Below, piece after piece: positions 56,603 to 64,000 of a stretch of DNA of 64,000 nucleotides (the first letter of the stretch is position 1; each line of letters starts with the position of its first letter). This DNA comes from a virus: IMG/VR virus record IMGVR_UViG_3300028326_000183, positions 1,771-65,770 of that record. One strand, 5' to 3'. Position numbers and translations under genes: made by a program. The notes under the pieces were generated by a model, which saw nothing but the letters and a program-made list of their open reading frames with translations, had not been told where the DNA came from and did no database searches.

Positions 56603-59600
56603 CTAATATTTTATATATTTAGCTCCGCTTGGAACCCCGCTTTTCTTCAGCATTTTTTTGTATTTATCATATTTTGCCTTCGGAATCTTGAACGTACAGC
56701 TCTTTGCGCATGTTTTGAATGCTCCGCTGCTGATCCTGGTGACATTCTTTCCCGCAAACCTGACAGTCTTGAGTTTGCTGCATTTGCAGAAGGCTTTCAA
56801 ACCGATCGTCTTCACATTCTTTCCGACCGTCACTGACGTAATTTTTGTATTACTGTTGAACGCCTTTGATGCGATACCCGTCACGTTGTACCGGTACCCG
56901 TTTATCGTTACTGCTGACGGCATTGAAACACTCTTGTATGTCTTCTTTACATGCTTCAGAACACTAACAGATCCGTATGTCCCTGCCGCTTTCGATGTCG
57001 CTGACGCTGAAAGTTTTGAAGATACATCTGTTACCTTGTATATGATGTTTCCGGCTGCTGCCGCAGCGCCTTTGACATTCGTCTTTATTCCTTTTGCAGT
57101 AATACTGACTTTCCCTGTCACATACTGTCCGCTCACTGTAAACGCTCCTGTAGATGCGTTATAAGTATACTGACTTTCTGCCAGCACTTTTCCTCCAACT
57201 GTCACTGTAATCTTCTTTGGCAGACTGTATCCCGCGTCAGGCACTATCTTGCCTGAGAAATTTTTCCCATTCTCCGGCGGATCATTGTAAGTTACGTCCC
57301 CGCCTGTTATACCTGATGAAGGTACCTCATATGTGCATACCGCAGTAATAGTTATATCTCCTGTGACCTCTTTTGCAGGTACAGTCACCTTTCCGTCCTT
57401 GTATGTAAAATCAGTGATGGCTTTGCCTCCAACAGATACGGTAATATCCTCCGGAAGTTCAGCTCCGTCAGATGGCGTTATTGTTCCTGTAAAGTCCGAA
57501 CCGACCGCAGCTGCAGAGCCGCTGCCCGATCCTGCTGTAATATTCCAGTTTACACTGTACGTTGATGTTACCGTGTCAGGAACGACATTGACTTTCGCAG
57601 TCATTTCAGCGGACGTACCAGTCAATTTATATGTAACATTATATGATCCTGTTTTGCCGGCTTCTATCGATGTCCAGTCAGCATCTGCAATGGTTTGTGT
57701 AAGAGTTGCTGCCAGATCACCTGAGCTGACAGGCGCTCCGTTTTTGACCGCAGTCACATTGTTATAACTGCTGCCGAACAGGGCCGCTTTAGTCAGTGTC
57801 TTAGCCTGAGTCACAGTTATCGCAGCATCGCCTGCGTAAACTGCAGAAACATTGTTCTGATCGACCGACGAGCCGTCAGGCATCACGAAAACATGCACGG
57901 TCTGCGAAGCATCTGTCTTTGTAGGATCAGCCGGTGTCCTGACCGCATATGTCACATCATACTGCCCTGCTTTTCCTTCCTGTATTGCTGCCCAGTCTGT
58001 TGTTTTTGCAAATGTCTGCGTTGACGCATCTTTACGATCCGGAGTCGATGAATCTGTCAGTATGGCATTCGCCTGATCTATAAACACGTGATTGTATCCT
58101 GCAGACGAAGTACCATAGAGTATATCAGATGTCTTCCCTGCAAAATCACTCTTTGCTGCGCTCGATGTTGTGATGTATGAGCCGGCCTGCACTGCGTCAC
58201 CTGTATCGGAAGCGATGGCTGCACTGTCTGGAACGACAGTTACTTTCGCAGTCATCTTGGCAGAAGTGCCCGGCACTGTATATGTAATATCATATGATCC
58301 TTCCGTACCCGCCTTTATTGCTGTCCAGTCAGCGTCTGCAATGGTTTGGGTAAGAGTCGATGATAAATCGCCTGATTTTACGAGCGATCCGTTTTTGACT
58401 GCAGTCACCTTGTTGTAGCTGCTGCCGAACAGAGCCGCTTTAGTCAGTGTCTTTGCATTGGTCGCTGTGAGAGTGATCCCGCTAGCATGAACTGCTGCAG
58501 CTTTGCCATTATCTATACTTGAGCCGTCAGGCATTATGACAACATGTGCAGTCTGTGATGCATCGGTCTTTGTAGAATCCGCCTTTGTCCTGACCGCATA
58601 TTTCACATCATACTGCCCTTCAGTGCCTGCCTGTATAGCAGACCAGTCAGCAGCCGTGATGGTCTGCTCTGAAGCAACTTGACGAGTTGAAGCCGATGAA
58701 TCTGTCAGGATAATGTTGCTCTGGTCAATGATCACTCGGTTATATTCATTAGATGTTCCTGTAGTCGAAGTGCCATAAAGTATATCAGATGCCTTTCCGG
58801 CAAAGTTACTCTTTGCTGCGTCTGATGTAGTTATATACGAGCTGGCATGAAGCGCGTCGCCCGTATTGCCGACGATCACAGCATCGTCAGGCATGACCGT
58901 CACTGTTGGAGTTATACTAGTCCAGCTATTATCTCCCCGATCCTGGATTTGATACATGACGTCATAAGTGCCTGTGGTACCAGCCTTGATAGCATTCAGA
59001 TCGACATCATCGATCGTCTGCGGAATAAGCGTTTTGATATAAGGATCGTCGTTATCAACTATATCAATATCATTATCATTAGCATTTCTGTAAAAACCTA
59101 CTACATAATTGTAACCTGATCCATACAGGGCATCCTTCGTCAGTGTTTTCGCTTCAGAACTTGTAACCGTAACGCTGTCGGCAATAACCGCATCATTCAG
59201 CCCTGTTACATAAGCGGAATCCTTTACAATTATAATGCGTACTTTCTGCGTTCTTGCGTCTCCGCAGGCATATGTTACCGAGTAGCTGCCCACGGTCCCG
59301 GCCTTGATATTGTCCCAGTCACCGTTTGTAAAAGTCTGTGTAACAACCGTAGTGTCATTTATTGGATCAGAAATAGTCTCACCATTAAAAACGGCATGGA
59401 CGTCGTTGTACGTTGAGCTCATAAGACCGCGAGAACTTGTCATTGCCCCAAAAACATTTTTTGCATCAGCTGATTTCATTATTATAGTCTTTGAATATAT
59501 CGCATCATCGCCATCGGTCGTAGGACCTGTGACCGAACCGTCCGGCACCACGGCTACTTTAACGGTCGCGGTCGCACTGCTGCCTGCTGAATAAGTGACA

Positions 59601-59941
59601 TCATACGAGCCTATAGTGCCGGCTTTTATCGATGTCCAGTCTGCCGAATTTTGAAATGTCTGAGTGATATTTGACGATGTCCCGGCGGAACCATTTACAG
59701 AACCTGACACGTTATTGTAGAGGCGTGTTGCGCTCGCGTTCAAATTCCGACCATACAGCAGTTCTGCACTGCTGAGCGCCTTTGCCTGGGTCACAGTCAG
59801 GATCGTATTCTGTGCCGATACCTTATCATTTCCTGATTCAGCCAGCGCCGGCACAGTGCCTGTCATGCACATCAGGATACACACTAACGCTGTCATAAGA
59901 ATACATAAAAGGCGGTGTTTAACTGAAGCTGTTTTTCTCAT
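56603..59941 (-). CDS. Secreted/surface protein: signal peptide, seven ~100-120-aa Ig-like repeats, two small beta domains, C-terminal BspA-type (LRR_5) module
   Basis: MRK...ALA signal; repeats with DW..I.AG..G.Y.V.Y ending in V.PD; C-terminal GIASKAF...TIGLKAFCKCSKLKTV. Confidence 0.85.
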   Translation of the reverse strand: MRKTASVKHRLLCILMTALVCILMCMTGTVPALAESGNDKVSAQNTILTVTQAKALSSAELLYGRNLNASATRLYNNVSGSVNGSAGTSSNITQTFQNSADWTSIKAGTIGSYDVTYSAGSSATATVKVAVVPDGSVTGPTTDGDDAIYSKTIIMKSADAKNVFGAMTSSRGLMSSTYNDVHAVFNGETISDPINDTTVVTQTFTNGDWDNIKAGTVGSYSVTYACGDARTQKVRIIIVKDSAYVTGLNDAVIADSVTVTSSEAKTLTKDALYGSGYNYVVGFYRNANDNDIDIVDNDDPYIKTLIPQTIDDVDLNAIKAGTTGTYDVMYQIQDRGDNSWTSITPTVTVMPDDAVIVGNTGDALHASSYITTSDAAKSNFAGKASDILYGTSTTGTSNEYNRVIIDQSNIILTDSSASTRQVASEQTITAADWSAIQAGTEGQYDVKYAVRTKADSTKTDASQTAHVVIMPDGSSIDNGKAAAVHASGITLTATNAKTLTKAALFGSSYNKVTAVKNGSLVKSGDLSSTLTQTIADADWTAIKAGTEGSYDITYTVPGTSAKMTAKVTVVPDSAAIASDTGDAVQAGSYITTSSAAKSDFAGKTSDILYGTSSAGYNHVFIDQANAILTDSSTPDRKDASTQTFAKTTDWAAIQEGKAGQYDVTYAVRTPADPTKTDASQTVHVFVMPDGSSVDQNNVSAVYAGDAAITVTQAKTLTKAALFGSSYNNVTAVKNGAPVSSGDLAATLTQTIADADWTSIEAGKTGSYNVTYKLTGTSAEMTAKVNVVPDTVTSTYSVNWNITAGSGSGSAAAVGSDFTGTITPSDGAELPEDITVSVGGKAITDFTYKDGKVTVPAKEVTGDITITAVCTYEVPSSGITGGDVTYNDPPENGKNFSGKIVPDAGYSLPKKITVTVGGKVLAESQYTYNASTGAFTVSGQYVTGKVSITAKGIKTNVKGAAAAAGNIIYKVTDVSSKLSASATSKAAGTYGSVSVLKHVKKTYKSVSMPSAVTINGYRYNVTGIASKAFNSNTKITSVTVGKNVKTIGLKAFCKCSKLKTVRFAGKNVTRISSGAFKTCAKSCTFKIPKAKYDKYKKMLKKSGVPSGAKYIKY

Positions 59942-60403
59942 CTTGATATCCTCCTTATCTCGATTCTGTATATGGATTATTTTCCCCTTATTTTCATCAT
60001 CTGCTGTAATATTACAATTAACTAAAAATTATATACCCCATATCATCATTTTACAATTCCCATTCGCAAATAACCAGACAGCCCGTTTTCGGACTGTCTG
60101 ATATCGATATATAATTTTCTCGCATTTGCTTCAGCTCTTTACATCTGAACACTTGCTGAATACAACTTTTTTGTAAAATAATAGGCCGGCTGGTTGTCTT
60201 TTAGGTCGAACATGTATCGCATTCTTTCAAGCAATAGGTGTTCATTATCATCAAATCTGCTCTGCCAAGCATGTCCGAAACGTAACCATACTGTCTCCAC
60301 AACCCTACCCCATAACAATCCCGTCTCCACAACTCTATCCCTGTAACCATCATTTCAACTCGACCTGCCCTTATGGAGCAGTTCCCGCTAACTCGATTTG
60401 ACT

Positions 60404-60463
60404 AAAAAAATAAGGCTTCCCGCAGGTGAAGCATATTCTATCACCTACGGAAAAGCCTTATTT
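60404..60463 (-). terminator. Long hairpin terminator after the rlmD-like fragment
   Basis: TAAGGCTTTTCCGTAGGTGA...TCACCTGCGGGAAGCCTTA followed by T7 on the minus strand. Confidence 0.7.
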
Positions 60464-60482
60464 ACTGGGCTTTCAGCCCTTC

Positions 60483-60524
60483 TTATTTATCATTTCTTGA
60501 CATCAATGCTATCGTCTCGACGTG
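60483..60524 (-). mobile_element. Displaced 3' end of rlmD/rumA (att-like junction)
   Basis: CAC GTC GAG ACG ATA GCA TTG ATG TCA AGA AAT GAT AAA TAA = HVETIALMSRNDK*, the RlmD C-terminal HVET..L.S motif with no gene body upstream. Confidence 0.65.
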
Positions 60525-60959
60525 GCACGATCGCTCCATCTTGATGTCCGATTATTGACCTGTTACCGTGAACAGGAAAAAGTCAGCTCCGTTCGTACGC
60601 GGGAATATATCCACGCGGGTATTTTCCCTTATCTCAAGCGGATTTCCGATAGATTTATTTCCACGTACCGATATGCTTTTTCGGTTCATCAGAACATATC
60701 CAATGTACACTAATACCCGCAAACGCTCATTTTATCAGCATTTCTCAATTTCATAGGTTGAGGCTGTTGACATCCATTCTGAACACTCTGGCACGATAGC
60801 ATCAGATTGATGTCGGGTATGTGTTTTGCTATTTTTGCGTTCACGGGAACAGGTCGATAGGGATTTTTATAGGCATTTTCCGTTAGCGGAAACATATCAA
60901 CAGTAATATTCAGCTTTTATCCGTTCTCGGATACAAGTCAATAGTAGAGCTCGAATGTT

Positions 60960-62420
60960 TCAAAACGGCAAAAGTCGGTCGGTCAACTCAATTATGTTTA
61001 TATTTGGGAAAGCGTAGTTGTTATAAATAGAGGCAATTATGATTTGGTGGTCTTTAAAGTCCTTGGCAAGAATATCCATCATTTCATGGACGTTCTCCAT
61101 ACTCACTTCACGCCCACTCGGTGAGTCCAAGATTATGGGCAAACAAACACCAGTGTGCCTTTGAATCAGCTTGACATATGAAATTTTGAAAGCGAACACG
61201 ACCTTGTGGAAGATCGCCCCTGACAATGACTTTAAGTCGTTAGTAAAAATGTAATCGTTCCTTGCGCTTACATATTTTTCGTCCAAACCGAGTCGCACGG
61301 CATATGACGAAATCAGTTGATGTAGCTCTGCTATAAGTGGATTATCCTGCTTAACGCTTTTTATCAGCTTTTCTTCTAATGCCCGTCTTTCTTTTTCCAT
61401 TTTATCTATTATCTTTTGGGTTGCCACAGCGTCTACATTTATTCTTGAGATTTCTGAATCAAACTGCTGAAGGCTTGTAGTCACATCGACCAGGGTTGCC
61501 TCTTTGTCTTGCTGCGCTTTTAGAACTGATATCTTTCTGTCAATTGCGACAAGCTGTTCAAAATAAATTTTTTGTTTTGCCACAAGCAAATCAGCGGTAT
61601 CTCCATAACCGACTAGGGTGTCCTTGTTGACTGGCACCTCGTCACCATTCGGGGCTTTCACTCTTAGCCTAAAAGAGGTAATGAACTTTTCAAAGTTCGT
61701 ATTCTTGCGGATTACGCTTTTTATGCGACTAAGTTCTTCCTCAATTGGTTTCCGTTCGCAATACAAGATGTCCAGTCCACTTTCAATATCATCTGCCGGA
61801 GAGTCAATGAAGGCAGTTTCGCCAAGCTGGTTAATTTCAGCCTTATATGTTGCCACATCAAGCATATGCTTGTATTTCTGAATCTCACGCTTAATGACAG
61901 CGAGTCGTTGTGCTAACTCGTCATTGGTGCGATTTGACAGACCACGAAGCAAGGATTCAATTGAAAAATGTATATTGCCAATCGCTTTGCCTCGGTTAAG
62001 TAAAGTCCATCCTTTTTCTTGGTCAACGTAAAAAGCGCCAAGGAGATTGTCGACCACTTCAAGGTTAGAAATGCCATATATTGAGGAGTGTAACTCATTT
62101 TGCTCAACCGGAAGCGAATATCCTTTCTCTATTCCATTGTGTAGCACTTCGATGTAGTCCCTATTTCTGGTTAGTACAAAGTTTTCATCACTAGCGCCAA
62201 TAACCGTCAGAACTGTTTCATAATCAGAAAAACGTATACCACGGGTATTTGGAATCTGGTAGCCCAAGGCGTACATCATCATTCGTAGCAAAGTTGTCTT
62301 ACCGACACTGTTTTTTGTGCTAAAAATAACATTAGCATTTTCCCCGAACGAGAAAACCTTCTGGTTATCGCTCAAAAGAGTTAACTGATTAGCGTTTACC
62401 TGCAACGAAACTATTCTCAT
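60960..62420 (-). CDS. lmuB: Short SMC-like ABC ATPase, Lamassu LmuB-like
   Basis: Walker A STKNSVGKTT, Q-loop FYVDQEKGW, coiled coil, LSGA signature, Walker B IILDSP. Confidence 0.78.
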   Translation of the reverse strand: MRIVSLQVNANQLTLLSDNQKVFSFGENANVIFSTKNSVGKTTLLRMMMYALGYQIPNTRGIRFSDYETVLTVIGASDENFVLTRNRDYIEVLHNGIEKGYSLPVEQNELHSSIYGISNLEVVDNLLGAFYVDQEKGWTLLNRGKAIGNIHFSIESLLRGLSNRTNDELAQRLAVIKREIQKYKHMLDVATYKAEINQLGETAFIDSPADDIESGLDILYCERKPIEEELSRIKSVIRKNTNFEKFITSFRLRVKAPNGDEVPVNKDTLVGYGDTADLLVAKQKIYFEQLVAIDRKISVLKAQQDKEATLVDVTTSLQQFDSEISRINVDAVATQKIIDKMEKERRALEEKLIKSVKQDNPLIAELHQLISSYAVRLGLDEKYVSARNDYIFTNDLKSLSGAIFHKVVFAFKISYVKLIQRHTGVCLPIILDSPSGREVSMENVHEMMDILAKDFKDHQIIIASIYNNYAFPNINIIELTDRLLPF

Positions 62421-63409
62421 AATTTCACCTTGCCTTTTATATCCGCTATGATCTTTCGGCTTCTTAGAACATTAGCTACAGTCACACGGATAACTATCTC
62501 TTCGGTGGTCGAATCTGCACTTTTTAAGTCAAAGCTATTCTTATAATTTTTCCAATTTTCCTCAATGAAATTTTTGGTTCGTTCTTTCGATTTCATCTCC
62601 GGGTGGAACTCGTTATAATCACTGAGAATGCAGGAAACAAATTCAAATCGCTCGCTGTTGTTGTTGATAACGCTTCTGTATTTTTGCAGAATCTCAGCAA
62701 CATCGCTGTCGTCGTAATCTTCAAGTTCAGCATCGTCTTCGCTTACTTCACAGAGTATTGCTATAACAGGCCAGACCATTCGCTTTTTTGTGATTGATGT
62801 TGTTAATTGTGATGCATTGACCGCAAAGGAATGTTGCCACAGTGCCAGCAAGTCACTTGTCGAAATTTTATGAACGCCAAGTTGATTAAGGAATTCTGTT
62901 GTTAAAGTTATCAGAACTTTATACCGCTCGTCATCGTTCTCACCGTGGAATTGCATCACGCAAACCGTCAGTAATGCCTTGTCAAAATCGTATCCTTTCA
63001 AGGAGCAAATATCGTTAATTGCCTCCTGACAAGCGGTAGGCAGTTCCGAAAAAGGTACAATGTTAAGCGGGCTGCTGAACTTAAACATAGTCGTCATGTC
63101 ATTAAACGGGTTTGGGGAATTCGTAATAAAAACAAGTTGTTCAACGTCAGATATCTTTGCGGCATTGTTAAGTGTTCGTAGCCCAGCTTCCAGTTTTTCT
63201 TTAACGTGACTGTAGTCGTCAGGCTTCATAACTGCTTTTGCTTGTGACATCAATGTTTTTCCGTCAGCGAAAGTAATCTCGACATCTTCTGATTGCCCCT
63301 CAACTTTGACCTTGGAGGCTTTCTCAATGTTTTTAAGCATCAGCATAATTGCCGCATTACTTTGAAAATCCCATCCAAAGGCGGATGCCGATGCGTTTGA
63401 AGACTTCAT
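62417..63409 (-). CDS. lmuA: Lamassu LmuA-like effector with an N-terminal Cap4/Mrr-type nuclease
   Basis: ASASAFGWDFQ, EGQSEDV, QAK PD-(D/E)xK-type motifs; ATGA overlap with the ATPase gene. Confidence 0.72.
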   Translation of the reverse strand: MKSSNASASAFGWDFQSNAAIMLMLKNIEKASKVKVEGQSEDVEITFADGKTLMSQAKAVMKPDDYSHVKEKLEAGLRTLNNAAKISDVEQLVFITNSPNPFNDMTTMFKFSSPLNIVPFSELPTACQEAINDICSLKGYDFDKALLTVCVMQFHGENDDERYKVLITLTTEFLNQLGVHKISTSDLLALWQHSFAVNASQLTTSITKKRMVWPVIAILCEVSEDDAELEDYDDSDVAEILQKYRSVINNNSERFEFVSCILSDYNEFHPEMKSKERTKNFIEENWKNYKNSFDLKSADSTTEEIVIRVTVANVLRSRKIIADIKGKVKL

Positions 63410-63460
63410 TTGATTATCCTCCCTTCGTCAGTATATCAGCATATAGTTATTGCAGGGGAT

Positions 63461-64000
63461 TTACTCCACACCCAAAGCCTTAAACACTGCTTCCTGCGGT
63501 GTTGAGTAAAATATTAAACTGAATGCGCCGATAAGGTCTGACGGAACCGTTCCAAGTTCGGCGGCTGATGTTATTGGTATTAATACTTTCTTCGCTCCGG
63601 CATCGAGGCAGACTTGCAGGACGCTCGCCAGTTCTTCTACCTTGAGGATTGTGCCACTGATGCTGATTTCACCGAGGACTGCAAGGCTTGATAGAGTAGG
63701 TTTGCCAAGGGCGCAGGATGCAAGTGCTATCACTGTCGGCAGGGTCAGAAACTTCGTCATCCCGATGCCGTTAAGGTCTTGGTAGTTGATAATGTAATCC
63801 TTCGTGGTCGTGCTGAGTTGACCGCTTATCTGGTTGCCGCTTGCTTTCAGGTAGTTGAACGCGGTGTTTGTGGCTTCCTTTGCGTCACGGTCGGAGCCAA
63901 GCCCAGTGCGTTCGAACTTGCCGTTGCCGGGAAGCATCTGCGTTTCAAGGCGGTATACACCTATCATACCGCTCTTGCCCTGCGAGATTGTGTAGACATT
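63461..64000 (-). CDS. brxL: BREX Lon-like protease BrxL, C-terminal part (runs off the right edge)
   Basis: Frame open to the edge: NVYTISQGKSGMIGVYRLETQMLPGNGKFERTGLG...LAVLGEISISG...DAGAKKVLIP...AVFKALGVE*. Confidence 0.88.
   Translation of the reverse strand, partial: NVYTISQGKSGMIGVYRLETQMLPGNGKFERTGLGSDRDAKEATNTAFNYLKASGNQISGQLSTTTKDYIINYQDLNGIGMTKFLTLPTVIALASCALGKPTLSSLAVLGEISISGTILKVEELASVLQVCLDAGAKKVLIPITSAAELGTVPSDLIGAFSLIFYSTPQEAVFKALGVE

Noticed and set aside
60560-60950. 61-62-aa ORFs as a possible lmuC or other gene
   Set aside because: No convincing RBS or motif in any frame; probably degenerate junction sequence.
1-64000. CRISPR array, reverse transcriptase/DGR/retron, IS transposase
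   Set aside because: No regularly spaced repeat-spacer array, no RT (YxDD) protein and no DDE/HUH transposase were seen. The repeats found are promoter, origin, recombination or protein-domain repeats.

Overview
Almost everything is on the minus strand. The left half (1-31.8 kb) is a cos-type HK97-like siphoprophage of a Firmicute (Clostridia-like codon usage and RBS style). In transcription order (right to left) it has an SOS-boxed small-gene operon, a structured leader plus sigma-like regulator, a replication module (SNF2 helicase, PolA, primase-helicase, origin, VRR-NUC), a packaging module (HNH, TerS, MTase, TerL), head and tail genes. It runs off the window inside a baseplate gene, and no integrase, lysis genes or CI-like repressor are visible. 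The late region carries several self-contained morons (SNase plus unknown, a 308-aa unknown, Fic flanked by a duplicated terL tail). 31.9-51.8 kb is a stacked defence region: an unknown two-gene operon, a PC4-like SSB with a 1658-aa SF1 helicase-REase, McrBC, and a type I RM locus with a tyrosine recombinase and four 14-bp recombination sites in hsdS. 52-56.2 kb holds a LexA-boxed Y-family polymerase/YolD operon ending in tRNA-Leu(TAA), plus zinc-ribbon microproteins. 56.6-60 kb is a large repeat surface protein. At 60.5 kb there is an rlmD/rumA 3'-end (att-like) remnant, followed by a Lamassu-like LmuA/LmuB pair and the C-terminal end of BREX brxL. All product calls come from motif recognition by eye; no database searches were run. 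Some starts were moved from the ORF track to RBS-supported codons.
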